The notes under the pieces: model-generated
What the model was told of the DNA's origin: nothing
Databases searched by the model: none
What the model saw: the letters and a program-made list of their open reading frames with translations, nothing else
Made by a program: the position numbers and the translations under genes
Assembly: GCF_028641065.1 (NCBI RefSeq)
Contig: NC_073393.1
Span: forward strand, 19,840,001-19,904,000
Direction of reading: 5' to 3'
Origin: Leucoraja erinacea
Lineage: Eukaryota
DNA: 64,000 bases
Part shown: piece after piece, positions 24,584-37,538 of the stretch
Numbering within the stretch: the first letter of the stretch is position 1
How the letters are laid out: every line of letters starts with the position of its first letter

Positions 24584-25556
24584 TGGAGAAAAGCAAAATT
24601 TCTGAGCTTCATTGAATAAAAATGCCCCCAAGCATTGGAGCAAGTGATGCAGCTCCTACTGATTGAGATAGGTAAAATTGGAAGGTCCATGCTAAAAAAT
24701 ATTATGTCCTCAGTTAATGTTCTCTGTAAAAATATTTATTTGGTCTTAGTTACCGTCTTTACTTAATTGGATAACACATTTCCAAGAATGAGACAAAAGC
24801 TGGGATATGCCTGAAGGATTATTTATAATGCAACACGTGGCCAGAAAAATATGGAGCAGAGATCAGATGGTTTGCATGTGAAAGAACCAGCTGATTTACA
24901 TGTGATAACATTGGCGCTGAAGCAAGTTGTTAAAATGGAAGTTTCTCTGTCCTTGCTTCCTGCTCTGTCACACATCACTTCCCTTGGAATTTGGCCACAG
25001 GAGAAATCAGTGACTTGAAAAGATGCCAAGAACAAGCTTGTTGCGAATGCAGTGTTAGACCAGTGCAAACATTTGGGACATAGTCCCAGTTTGATCCCAT
25101 TGATTATAACTCCCTGGCCCTTTGGCCAATTCAAGCCAGCTGTTCAGACAAATGGTCATCACTCCACAGACCACATAGAAGATCCGCAGGAGGAAGTGCA
25201 AGAGAGCATTCCCTTTTGAAATATAATCTTTCAGTCTGTCTGTCAATAACTCAACCTGCACAAAGGAAGTTTTGGCATATTTACCTGATTGTTGTTGTGC
25301 AAGTTTGCTGTGCATCAATTTACTAACATGTTTCTTCATGATAATAGTAAAGATTCTTCACAACTAATTGTCTCTTGGGCAAACATGCAAACAACATAGT
25401 CATAGAGTAATACAACATGGAATCATGCCCTTCACTCAAATTACCTATGCCAACCAAGATGCCCCATGTATGCTAGTCCCACCTGCACGCATTTGGCCAA
25501 TATCCTTCTAAACCTTTCTAACTATATATCTATCCAAATGACTTTTAAATCTTTTT

Positions 25557-25868
25557 GGGGCAGCACAGTGATGCAGTGTTAGAGCTGTTGTGTTAGTGCC
25601 AGAAACACAGGTCCGATCCTGACTTGGGGTGCTGTCTGTGCGGAGTTTGTACTTTCACCCTGTGACTGCTTGGGTTTTCTCCGGGTGCCCCGGTTTCCTC
25701 CCACATTCCCAAGATGTGCAGGATTGTAGGTTATCTGCTCCGGAAAAAGTAGTAAATTATCCCAAGTTTGTAAGATAGTGCTAGTGTATGGGATGATCGC
25801 TGGTCAGTGCAGACTAGGTGCTCTGAAGGGCCTGTTTCCGTGATGTATGTCTAAACCTAAGTAAACTA
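25557..25868 (+). mobile_element. HE1-type SINE (inserted in a CR1 3'UTR)
   Basis: ggggcagcacagtgatgcagtgttagagctg..gtccgatcctgact..gggttttctccgggtgccccggtttcctcccacatt..gggcctgtttcc..ctaaac tail. Confidence 0.88.
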
Positions 25869-26142
25869 TAGTATAATGTCAAAACTACCTTCTCTAGCAG
25901 CTTCTGTCATTTACCCATCACTCTCTGTGTGTGATGAAGTTGCCCATGAGGTTCCCATTACATCTATCCCCGTCACCTTAATCATGACTTTCATACTTCA
26001 AATTCTTCATCAAAAAAGAACAAACTGTGACTCAATATTGCATGAAAGAGCCGAGGTTGGGTCATAAGATCCTCGGATTGAAATGAGCAGGAGGAAGTAG
26101 GGATACCAGCCGGGGATAGGTGGGGCTCAGAGACTGAGTTTT

Positions 26143-26640
26143 ACAGAACATTGAACAGTACAGCAGAGATACAGGCCATTCAGCCTACAATATCGGTGCC
26201 GAAAGTGATGCCAGGATAAACTCAACCACTTAGCCTGCATGCGATTCAAATCCATTCCGTGCATATCCATGTGCCTATCTAAAAGCCTCTTAAATGCCAC
26301 TATCATATCTGTTTCCACTACCATCTCAGGTAGTTTGTTCCATACATTCATCACTCTCTGTGCGAAATACTTGCCCCACACATCCCTTTTAAACATTACC
26401 CCAATCATGTTAAAGCTATGTCATCTAGTCTTTGATATTTCCATCCCAAGAAAAAGGTTCTGACTGCCTATCCTATCTATGCCTTTTATAATTTTATATA
26501 CCTTTATCAGGTCTCCCCATTCTTTCTAAAGATTCAAAGAAAACAATCTAAATTTGTCCAACCTCTGTTTATAACTAATACCCTCTAATCCAGGCAATAT
26601 TCTGATAAACGTCTTCTGCACCCTCTAAAAGCCTCCTGCT
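26143..26640 (-). mobile_element. CR1 LINE 3' end
   Basis: YFAQRVMNVWNKLPEMVVE..FKRLLDRHM. Confidence 0.85.
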
Positions 26641-26767
26641 TTGAACAGAAGTGCTGGAATGCCATTCGCCCCGCCAGTCTCGGGTGCACCCGTATCAATG
26701 CTGGCAGTTGTAAAATTGGCCTTCCTGAGAGTGAATCTGCAGAAAGTAACTGTCCCTGTCAATCACC

Positions 26768-27156
26768 AGCTTTGCCCTCCCCACCGTCAAAGAGATCTAT
26801 CATAGTCGCTGCCTTAAAAAAGGCATCCAAAATCATCAAAGACCCACACCATCCTGGCCACACACTTGTTTCATCATTGCCATCAGGAAGAAGGTACAGG
26901 AGCCTGAGAACAGTAACGTCCAGGTTCAGGGACAGCTTCTTCCCTACAGCCATCAGGCTATTAAAGACAACAGCGAATAAGATCTGAGCTCTGAACTGCA
27001 AAAGACTATATTATAATTGCAGTAGATTTGTTATTTATTGAACTTTATCTGTGTTTTTCTCTCCCCCGTTATGTACTATGTTTACATATTCACATTTTTT
27101 GTTTTCCTGCAGCAAGTAAGAATTTCATTTGACAATAAAACACTCTTGACTCTTGA
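26768..27156 (+). mobile_element. Rex1/Babar-type LINE 3' end
   Basis: KIIKDPHHPGHTLVSSLPSGRRYRSLRTVTSRFRDSFFPTAIRLL; (ctcttga)n tail. Confidence 0.85.
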
Positions 27157-27159
27157 ATA

Positions 27160-27330
27160 TCCTGCAGTCTGCTTCATTTGGTGCTCTCAGTGTGACTTCC
27201 TTTACATTGGCAAGACCAAACATAAACTAGTCACCAGTTTCACTGAATATTTGCACTGAGGCCTGCTGGATCTCCTTGTTCCCAATCATTTTAGCTCTCC
27301 TTCCCATGCACATACATATCAGGTTTCTTA
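27160..27330 (+). mobile_element. Penelope-like GIY-YIG remnant
   Basis: VCFIWCSQCDFLYIGKTKHKLVTSFTEYLH matches the VY-x-I-x-C-xx-C-xxx-YIG-x-T pattern. Confidence 0.75.
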
Positions 27331-28831
27331 CATTGCCTCCATTTGTGGTGATGTTTCTCCAGTTCTTATGTTTTGTACACAAACTGGAGAAATACCACCA
27401 CAAATTCCACAAATGAACTGAGTTTTCTAACCGAGTGATACCTTTTAGACTCTTTTTCATTCCTCACCCCCATAATACTGCACTCCCAATTCTCCCACTG
27501 TATCCCACCTCCCCCAACTTACCTTGCTCCTTTCCCCTCTGTATACTCATCTCCCATCCCCGAGTCCTCACTTCCCTTTACGCATCCCGCCTTCCCCTCC
27601 TCTGAACTGCAAAAGACCATGTTATTATTGGAGTACATTTGTTATTTATTGAACTTTTTCTCCTCTTTTCCCTTCCATCCACATTTCTCCCTCTGGCTGT
27701 AAATTTCACTCCTCCTCACCCTTTTGTCTCCTTTTCACCTCTGGCCAATGTCACTTTCTGTACCTGTCTGCCAATTTAACTCCCCCACCTGGATCCACCC
27801 ATCTCTTGCACATACTTTGCATATAGGCAAATTCTATGTGAGAATAATTCTCGCAGAGAATAATTGACGTGAATTTTTGACACAAGCGACATTTAGCATC
27901 AGAATGTAATGTGAGGATCACATTTTACATTCACTCTTGTAGAGAGATGGAGTTATCTATTAATCAATAACTCAGCAGTCTATGGCCTGTACCTGCACAC
28001 AGTTCAGTTCTCCCTGAACCTTCACTCCCTGGGTGTGCCCGTGGTCATGATGCCACATGCTCTGCACAGGGTGAAGCTATTTCCATCATCGTGCCAAGGT
28101 AATGTGGTGTAGCTTGTGATCTGCAGTGATGTCAGTAAAGCCTCCCTATGATGCTAAGCATGTCAGTGTCTGTGTGACCTCCATTGCATGGCCAGAGCAA
28201 CCTGGACAGAGTCCATGGTCGGAGCTCTGCCCATGGCAGGTGGCCTTTCCAGGTGCTTGGAAACTCAGCCCCAAGTACATTGCTTCTCGGAGACATGGAG
28301 TTAGGTCTGCTACTTCTGGGGGGGTGGGAAGCCCTCCTCACCAGAGGTTGTCTCTCCCTCTATCCATCATCTCCCTATATGGAAGCCTGTCCTCAGAGTC
28401 TCACCTGAGCTCAGTGAAGATAAAACTAGTAAAGACATCAAGCTGTGCCTCAGTGACAAATCCCAATGTCTCTGCTGGGAAGAGGAAATGCTGCATCCAC
28501 TCAGCAAGCCAGAGAAGGGCCAGTGGGCCACGTTACTTGATAAAGCATCTTTCAGTTCTGATGGAAGGCCACTTTAACTTTTAATGCTTGCATGGCAAGA
28601 GGGACATAATTGAGGGTGGAGCTTGTGTTGCTCTGGTAGAGAGTTGGTCTGGACATGATGGGCCAAATGCTCCCCTCTGCTGTAATCAACCACAATTGTC
28701 ATGTGACCTGCCCAACACCAGCAACATTTCCTGTGTGTATTTCAGATTCCAGCACCCCTCTGTATTTCACTTCAGTCTTACAATCTGACTTTAGTCTGCC
28801 TAAAAATAACAATTAAATATGCCAGTGAAAC

Positions 28832-29112
28832 TGGGCACCGTGATGTATCTAGCAGAGCTGCTGCCTCTCAGCAGGAGAGACCCTGGTTAGATGCTGGCTT
28901 CAAGTGCATTATATGTGGAGCTTCCACGTTGCTCTTGTGATGGATGGGGTTTCTCCAGGTGCTCCAGTTTCCTCCCATAGACATGCGGGTTTGTAGGTTA
29001 ATTGGCCTCTGTAAATTTTGTGTATAGAGTGGATGCGAAAGTGGGATAACATGGAACTATTGTGAATGGTTAGTGTGATGGGTCTATTTCCATGCTTTAC
29101 CTTTCAATCAAT
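28832..29112 (+). mobile_element. HE1-type SINE, diverged
   Basis: gcagagctgctgcctctcagc..ggggtttctccaggtgctccagtttcctccca..gtttgtaggttaattggc. Confidence 0.8.
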
Positions 29113-29934
29113 TGAAACAAAAAAATGTCCAATGTCACACCAATGACTGGCTCAAAGGCAAATTAAATTCAGCCAGTGAAATTAGTAATTAAATGACAAA
29201 TGACTGCAGATGAGGAAAATCTAAAATATCGACAGAAAATGCTGAAAGCACTCAGCAGGTCAGACAGCATCTGTAGAAAAACGGAGTTAATGTTCCTGGT
29301 TGATGACTGTCTACAGGCGATGAGCACCCAGGCCAACAACCTGGCTGCTCAACACCTGGCTTGAGACCTAACTATTCCTTTGGTTTATGTTTCATTCGCA
29401 AGAAGAAGAAGAAGAAGATGAAGAAAAAGCATCCGTTTATTAAAATGTCTGAACTTTGCTAGTTAACCACCAGAGGCCAGTGTTGTTCAACAAATGTTAG
29501 CTGGTAACATAAGAGACTGCAGATGCTGGAATCTTGAGCAAAAGCGAACTGCCAAAGGAAATCAGCTGGTCAGGCAAAATCTGTGGAAGTAAAGGACTGG
29601 TTGATGTTGTGGGTGAAGGCCCTGCAAGGGAGGATTAGGGCAGGGCTGTTGATATTGTAGAAGTTGATTTCAGCAAGGACTGGGAATTTTGAGGGAATAT
29701 AGCCAGTATAAAGTTAGAATGAGGGGTAACATTTGGGGCTGGTTGGTGTAAGGTGGAAACAGGTGGGGGAGGGGGATGATTGGCAGGTGGAACAAGGTAG
29801 GGGTAGGGAGGAGTGAGGTAGAGATAGAGGTCGGAAGGTTTTAGATAGAACCAGATAATTGTAGGATGATGGCATCAGGTGAACATGGGATAGGAAGTGT
29901 AGACAAGGAGCCAAGAAACTCAAGAGGATAGATA

Positions 29935-32450
29935 AAGTCATACCAGGCCCTTTGGCCCAAATAGCTTCACATGCCCTTCTACACTAATCCTACCTGTCTG
30001 CATTTGGCCCATATGCCTCTAAACTCATCCTACCCACGTACCTGTCTAAATGTTTCTTAAACATTGTGATAGTACGTGCCTCAACTGCCTTCTCAAGCAG
30101 CTTGTTCCATATACCTACCACCATTAAAAAAAAATGCCGCTCAGCTTCCTATTAAATTTTCCCTCCATCACCTTAAAACCTATGCCCTCTGGTTCTTGTT
30201 TCCTCAACTCAGGGTAAAAAAAAAATCTGCATTTACCATGCTATCTATTCTGCTCATGATCTTATACACCTCTATAAGATCACCCCTCATCTACCTGAAT
30301 TTCAACAGAATAAAGTCCTAGCCTGCTCAACCTCTCCCGATAGCTCAGTCTCTCGAGTCCTGATAACATTCTTGTAAATCTTTTCTGCACCTTTTCTTGT
30401 TTAAGAACATCTTTCCTATAACACGATGATCAAAATTGAACACAATACTCTAAATGTGGCCTGGCCAATGTCTTGTACAACTGCAACGCGACCTCCCAAA
30501 TGACATACTTAATACTCTGATAGATGAGGGCCAATGAGATGAAAGCCTTCATGACCACCCTATCTCCTTGTGAAGCCATATTGAAGGAACTGTGTACCTG
30601 CACGTTTAGATCCCACTGCTCTTCAATGCTCTGCAGAGCCCTGCCATTCACTAATTAGGTCCTTCCCATGTTCGACTTCCCAAAATACAACACCTCGCAC
30701 TTCTCTGCATTAAACTCCATTAACCATTTCTCAACCCACCTCCTCAATGGATCAAGATCCTGCTGCAATCTTTGACAACTATCTTCGCTATCTTTACCAC
30801 GCACTTTGATGTCATCTGCAAATTTACTAATCATGTTTTGTACGTTTTCATCCAGATTATTGATGTAGATGTCAACACTAAACAGCACTAAACCCTGAGG
30901 CACACCACTGGTCACAGAATGACAGTCCGAAATAACAACCTTACACCATCACCCTTCCTTCCATGAAGCCAATTTTCTATCCAGTCGGTGAGCTCTCCTC
31001 AGATCTGAGCTAACTTGCCAGAGCAGCCTACCACGTGGAACCTTGTCAAATACTTTGCTGAAATCCATATACACAACATCCAACAGCTCAGCCCCATCAA
31101 CCGTTTTGTGTCACATCTTCAAAAAGCTCAATCAGATTCATAAAACATGAACTCCAACATACAAAACCATGCTGACTATTACTATTCAGCTCCTGTACAT
31201 CAAGATGCCTGTATATCTTTTCCCTTAGAATAAACTAGTAACTATCTGACCAGAGATATTCGACTCACTGGCCTGTAATTCCCTGTTTTTCTGTGCAGCC
31301 CGTTTTAAAAAGAGACACATTACTAGACACCCTCCAGTCTTCCGGCACCTAACCCTTATTTAATGACTCATAAATCAAAGCCAGGATACCTGCAATTTCC
31401 ACTAGCTTCCCACAGTGTCCTTGGATATATCTCATCAGGCCCATGAGATTTGTCTACCTTCATAAGTGTTAGGAGCTTCAGCACCTCCACGACCGTCATA
31501 TTGACTGTCCCCAAGACACTTTCATTGACTGACCTAAGTTCTCCGATCCTCATACCTTTCTCCATGGTAAAACAGAGCAGAAATACTCATCAAGGACCTT
31601 TCCCATCTCCTGTGTCTCCATGCAGAATTTACTGCTTTGATTTGTGAAGGGCCCATTCTCTTGCTGGTTACCCTTTTCCCTTAATGTACATACAATCTCT
31701 AGGGATTATCCTTAATATTATCTGCCAGAGCTATTTCCTGTCCCCTTTTTGCCCTATTAATTTCTGGATTTCTTTTTTTAATGTGCTTCTCAGTTCCCAA
31801 AACTCCTCCAGGGATACACTTGATCCCAGCTGCCTGTATCTGCCCCATACCTCCTTTACTTACTTTTGACTAGAGCCTCAATTTCCCACATCATCCAAGA
31901 TTCCTTGCACCCACCTGCTTTGCCCTTCACTCTAACAGGAACATACAGATCCTGGACAGTGTAACACCTCACACTTGTTCGGATTACCTCAACAGCAGAA
32001 ATGTTGGTGTTGACTACAAACTTACTAACCAACACATCCATATTTGTGTCCAAGTCATTTACGTATATCACAAATGCAGGTCCTAATGAGGTCCTAATGC
32101 AGATCCCAGCAGAACACTACTGGTCACAGACCTCCAGCCAGCATCTTGCCCTTACACCACAGCCCTCTGTCTTCTATAAGCTAGTTCCAAAGACATTTGA
32201 TCAACACCATGGATCCCAAGGCCTCTTAATGCTCTGGATCAACCTCTGGACCAGAGACTTAATCAAATGCCTTACTAAAATCCACCACCCTACCCCCATC
32301 AATCACCTTCCTCAGCTCAAAAGCTTGATCAATTTAGTAAGACATGACTTGCCGCGTACAACAACATGCTGACTGTCCCTCATTAGGCCAACCAAATGGG
32401 ACTAAATCCTATCCCAAAGAATCCTCTTTAATAGCTTCCCTCCAACTGAC
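29935..32450 (-). mobile_element. CR1 LINE fragments (main copy ~29935-31960 plus an older piece)
   Basis: TSGVPQG, ISKFADDIK, WLMEFNAEKC, RPHLEYCVQF, KVDKSHGPDEIYPRTL on the minus strand. Confidence 0.9.
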
Positions 32451-32578
32451 ATGACACTCTCCGCCCATTACTTCCCTGAGTGTGTGAGGGATCACTCAAA
32501 TGATTCGGGTATCAGAGGTGCTGTTGGAACGGCCTGTGTGTATGCCTGCAATGCATTTTGTGTATGTTACTCACTAAT

Positions 32579-34463
32579 TGGCCTGTCCCACTTAGGCGAT
32601 TTTTTAGGCGATTGTCATAGTCGTAGCAGGTCGCCAAGAAACCAGCGACTAAACCCCCTCCATCCCCAAAACAATGTCTATGACAAGCTACAACAATCTA
32701 CCACCTAGCTCCCACCAACCACAATCACCGCGACTAGGACGTCCACCTACGACAACCTTCGACGACACCTACGACAACACAGACAAAGTGAACAAGCTAC
32801 AACAAGCTAAGATCCTGTCGGCGACAAATGAAGCCTCTAAAACAATGGAATCTCAATTTTCCTATAATTTTCAATGCAGTGCAATGCTTGTGTTTGTGTT
32901 ATTGATGAAAATATATGAAAAGAGTCTGCTTTTCAATGCAGTGCAATGCTTGTGTTTGTTTTATTGATCAAAATATATGAAATTTAAATATTCGAAAGTA
33001 ATTCCACGAGACACTAATCTGAAATATAATATCTTCATACACCAATTTGCTGTCAAAATGTCAAGCATTTCTTTTATTGATATTGAAACAAACAAAAGTT
33101 TTTACAACAAAAAAATTTGATTAAAAAAGTCCATATAAAAATATTATAATCACATTAAAATTGAAATTATCTATAATAAATCTAGGAAGAATAAATTTAA
33201 CAACAAAGAAAGTTTGATTTATTATTAGATTATAAAAACTGTGCATACAAAGATATTATAATCACATAAAATTGTACTCCCATACCCCAAAAAGTGTTGT
33301 TGTGTTTCAATAAACTTCAAAATTTTAATTTAAACTTCAAACATACTACAAGTACAAAATCATACAGGACTTCACATAATTTATGGACACATTACACTTA
33401 TGTGTGATCTGTGTCCATTAATCCTGTAGAATCCAGACTCAAGTGTCCACTTGCGTCCTGGGTCTCTGTTGTGGGGGTACCCCCTGTTGTCACTGGTGCT
33501 GATCTGGGCATATCAAGGATGGGGTAGTCTGTGAATGTAGATGGGAGTGCAGAGCAGCCACTAGATTTTACAGGCTGCCAGCAAGTGTATGTGGAAGTAT
33601 TGGCTACCTGCTATGCTTTGGAACAGGGTGACCTTGCTGTTGGTAAGGTGGCCATCGGTGAGCATAACATCACTGGTGGTGGCATCTGTGGTGGTCCCAT
33701 CAGTGACTATGGCTGCAACACAGAAACATATCAATATTAAGTGGAAGGTAAATAAATGAAAACTTTTCACAAGCTGTGTGTGACAAAGAATTTCAAGTCC
33801 AATTCACAAAAAGTATTATGAAATTAGATACCTGGTATGCCTGCTGATATGGTGGTCCCATAAGTGGCATCTGTTGAGGTGGTCCCATCTGTTGCTGTCC
33901 TATGTGTCCCATCAGCTGCAGAGTCTGCAACACACATTAATTCATTGTGAATATTTCAATCAAAAACATTAATTTAAAGGTAAAATATTAAAGTCCAATG
34001 TTCCTTAAATTCCACAAAAATTGCTTAATATATTTAACGGCTGGGAGAAGTTATAGACCATCGTCATGGTGGCCATGGTGAAGTTGGACCACAATAGTAC
34101 CTTCAGCAGCTCACTATTCAAGAATGCCAGGAAGTTGGCAACAGCCCTCTCATGTGGTGTCTGGCGCTGTGGGTTTTTCCAATGTGCCAACGAAATTTAC
34201 CAGTCAGCACCATCGGGAACATACATCACTGGCGACAACCTACAATAGAACCTACATCATGAGAATTCAAGTTACGCTCATATGGGTCAAACCCACTGTC
34301 GCTGAATATTTCTCAACAGGTTAAAAAATTTGCGGCGACCAGAAAAACGCTACGACTCTTTGCGCGACTGAGGAGACTACTCACGACCATACAGGCGACA
34401 CCCATGTGGCGACAGCCAAGTCGCCTGCAGTTGCCTAAAAAATCGCCGAAGTGGGACAGCCCC
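32579..34463. mobile_element. PIF/Harbinger-like non-autonomous DNA transposon
   Basis: ~30-bp TIR: tggcctgtcccacttaggcgattttttaggc vs reverse complement ggggctgtcccacttcggcgattttttaggc; 3-bp TSD AAT (32576-78, 34464-66); cgac-rich subterminal repeats. Confidence 0.85.
33398..34190 (-). pseudogene. Decayed spliced gene inside the Harbinger-like element (probable Myb/SANT/MADF-type accessory protein C-terminus)
   Basis: Exons ~34190-34101 (..ERAVANFLAFLNSELLK|gtac), 33924-33832 (31 codons) and 33712-33398 (105 codons to TAA), all phase 0; two in-frame TAG codons. Confidence 0.65.
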
Positions 34464-35562
34464 AATAGTTACATTGTGCTATTGGTGGAGGGAATGCTTG
34501 GCTAGGGCAGTGGCTGTGGCACCAATCAGATGGGCTGCTTTGACATGGATGGTGTTGATGTCTTTCACTGTTACACCCACCTGAGAAACTACCTGGGGAG
34601 GGGGTGGTTTGGGTGGGAAGTGATGACCGAGCCAAAGAATTGTGGAGGGAGCTGTCTCTGCTGAAGGCGGAAATGGGTGGAGATGGGAAGATACTGTTCC
34701 AGTATTGGGTGCTTATCTATTCATTAGATAGTCAGCCCCACTTCAAAAAAACTCATAAAATGTGAAAAGATAAAAGAACTGCGGTTCCCAGAGTTATGGA
34801 GTCAGACAGCACAGAATGAGTATAGATATGGTGAGTGGAATGCCCTGTTTCTGTACTGAATGGGTATGATTATATGAACAGATACATTTTATCCTTCTGT
34901 TCATCCAGAATCCTTCTCTTACCCTCACTGATAATTTAGAATTCTGATACTGACCCCCCTCAGTTTTAACCAGTAGTTCAAAGGGCAAATTTGTTAGTGA
35001 AATGTCAGAAATATATCTCTTTTCCCTCCCTGCTCTCTTCTCTGCCCCAGACCAACAACAATATTCGTTGACAGTTTGGTACAAGAGTTTATGTGAAATG
35101 TTAACCTCCTGTTTTCTTTGTAAACATCACAACACATTTCCTGAACTGCTGTTTCCTGTCTATCATCATTTGTTCATTGTTTTCTGATAGTTGGCTCCTT
35201 TCTCTTAATTTCCAATTAATTATTTCACCTTTGCAATTGTTCTTTTTTTTCTAACTTGGATATTTTTTCTACTTGCTATTGCTGCATTCCAAGAGCTGCT
35301 GTCTGCTCTCTAACTGTTCTTGCAACCCTCACCTCAATTGTTGTGTGAACTCTCCTGAATCTAGATTGCACATTTCGTGCAGTTCATCATTTTAGGAAGC
35401 AGATGCTTATTTTGCCCAATGTGCTCACCCAAGCGAATTAAACTTTCCTTCACCAGATTGGAAATTCTAGCAACATCTGCGACTGAAAACTGAACAGATA
35501 TTATAGGTATCTCACAGATATATGTTGACTGTGACAGCAGCACATTGACCTCATAAACAAAA

Positions 35563-35782
35563 GAAACACACTAAGTGCTGGAGTAAACCATCGGGTCAGC
35601 AGCATCTCTGGACTACTCGGATAGGTAATGTTTCAGATCGGGATGTTTCTTCAGACTATTTTTGGTCCCGACCCAAAATGTCACCCATCAATGTTCTCCA
35701 GAGATGTTGCCTGACCCGCTGTGTTAGTCCGGCACTTTGTATCTTTTTTTGGAAACCAGCATCTGGGGTTCCTTGTTTCTAC
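35563..35782. mobile_element. Palindromic Penelope-derived short element, diverged
   Basis: gtgctggagtaa..cagcatctctgga..tttcagatcggg..ttcttcagact / cccgacccaaaatgtcacc..tctccagagatgttgcctgacccg. Confidence 0.65.
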
Positions 35783-35982
35783 AAACCTCACAGAGGTTTG
35801 TTTTAAAAGCAAGTCATTTTTAAAGAATGGAACAAATATTTATAATGAATCTCAGGAATGGTCACAAGATGTTGAAACAAAGATCATAGATTTTGTGATG
35901 ATTAATTGTCAGTATATATGGATAAACCAGCCCTTTTGAAGAAGCTGATACATTTTCAACCACCAGGAGGCAGCAGAAACCA

Positions 35983-36236
35983 CCGACCAGCAATCCCCGC
36001 ACGCCAACACTACGCTACACACATGAGGACAATGTAGGTTACATTTATAACAAAGCCAATTAACGTACAAACCTATCTGTCTTTGGAGTGTGGGAAGAAA
36101 GCGAAGATCTTGGAGAAACCCCACGCAGTCACGGCTAGAATATACAAACTCCGTACAGATAGCACTCATAGTCAGAATCAAACCCGGGTCTCTGGCGCTG
36201 TAAGGCAGCAACTCTACTACTGTGCCACCATGTCGC
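35983..36236 (-). mobile_element. HE1-type SINE
   Basis: gtcagaatcaaacccgggtctctggcgctgtaaggcagcaactctactactgtgccacc head on the minus strand. Confidence 0.85.
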
Positions 36237-36638
36237 CACTGTGTTCTCCAGAGATGCTGCCTGTCCAGTTGCGTTACTCCAGCACTTTGTATCTTTTTTT
36301 GAAAATCAGCATTTCCAGTCCTTTGTGCCCAGATAGGTGTTCTGAATGCACACAGCTCCACCTTGCAAACTCACATACTCTGTCCTCATATTAGTTGCTT
36401 GTTATTTGTTCATGGATGAGCTCCATTTTTCCATTAGTTCAAAAGTTCAATAGTTATTTTATTGTCATGTATACCTAGATTCCATGAAATGTTCTATTTT
36501 GCATATGATTGAGTGAAATAATACTAGACCTAACTAAATCATACACAATTGATAGAGCGTAACAATTGTAGTGTAAAAAAATTGAAGGAGATTAGAGATT
36601 GTGGATTTTGCAATCGTCTACCCTGAATTCTGCAATAT

Positions 36639-37538
36639 AGGGAGGTTTCACGGCAGTAGGGTGACGACCCATGACCCGTACTGTTGCTAGGCTACTCCAA
36701 ATGGATTACACGCGATGTACTGCAGGTACGCATTTACCATTGTTTCCAGCGTAGCGGGCCCGTTAAAACCCGCCGAAAATGTCCATTTTTGCGCTGCAAA
36801 TAATTATGGAAATCGGGATAAGCGTGTGAGACATTTATCCTACTTTAGAATTCCAAAAGTGAGGAGAAATGACAGTAGATACAAGTGAGAGCTGAAGGGA
36901 CAACACCAGCCAGAGTGCTTGGCGAACATTGGCCGTTTGCTCACTGCATTTCATCAACTAAGGCATTATTTGTGTTTTTTCTTGATTTCTTTGGCATCTA
37001 AAAGGTTTCAGAAGTGATAAAACTGGCTGTAATTTTTTTAAATCGCCCATAGTTCTCAAGTGGGTTTTTACATACAAAATAAAAACGCGTCTGAAGAAAA
37101 ATTTACAGCCAGATTGATCACTTCTGAGACTTTTTAGATACCAAAGGAATCAAGAAAATACACAAATGATGCCTTACTGTTGATGAAATGCAGTGAGCAA
37201 ACGTGATAATTCCCAATATTTTCAATTACGATATCTGCACGGCCAATGTTCGCCAAGCACTTTAGCTGCTGTAGTTCCTTCAGCTCTCGCTTCTCTTTAC
37301 CTTCATTTCGCTTCACTTTTGGAATTCTAAAGTTGGGTACATGTCTCTCACACTTACCCCAACTTCCACAATTTTTTTCAGCATATAAATTCAACATTTT
37401 GGCGGTTTTTAACAGGTAGGAAAGTACGCGTTTCTAGCATTAATAACATATACCGGAAGTGACGGATGTCCTCCAGCTGGATTGAGCGGCTCCGTGCGTC
37501 AAGCCCTATGACCCAGTGACCTTACGTGCAAACCACCT
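36639..37538. mobile_element. ISL2EU-like fold-back DNA transposon derivative with THAP remnants
   Basis: Termini agggaggtttcacg / cgtgcaaaccacct flanked by AT on both sides; internal inverted arms ~36760-37039 and ~37097-37415; ORF 37134-37397(-) has ..NCG..FRIPKV..LANIGR..VCSLHFI. Confidence 0.75.

Noticed and set aside
28126-28584. 152-aa ORF in unique sequence
   Set aside because: It has a non-ATG start, no recognisable domain and no clear splice boundaries.
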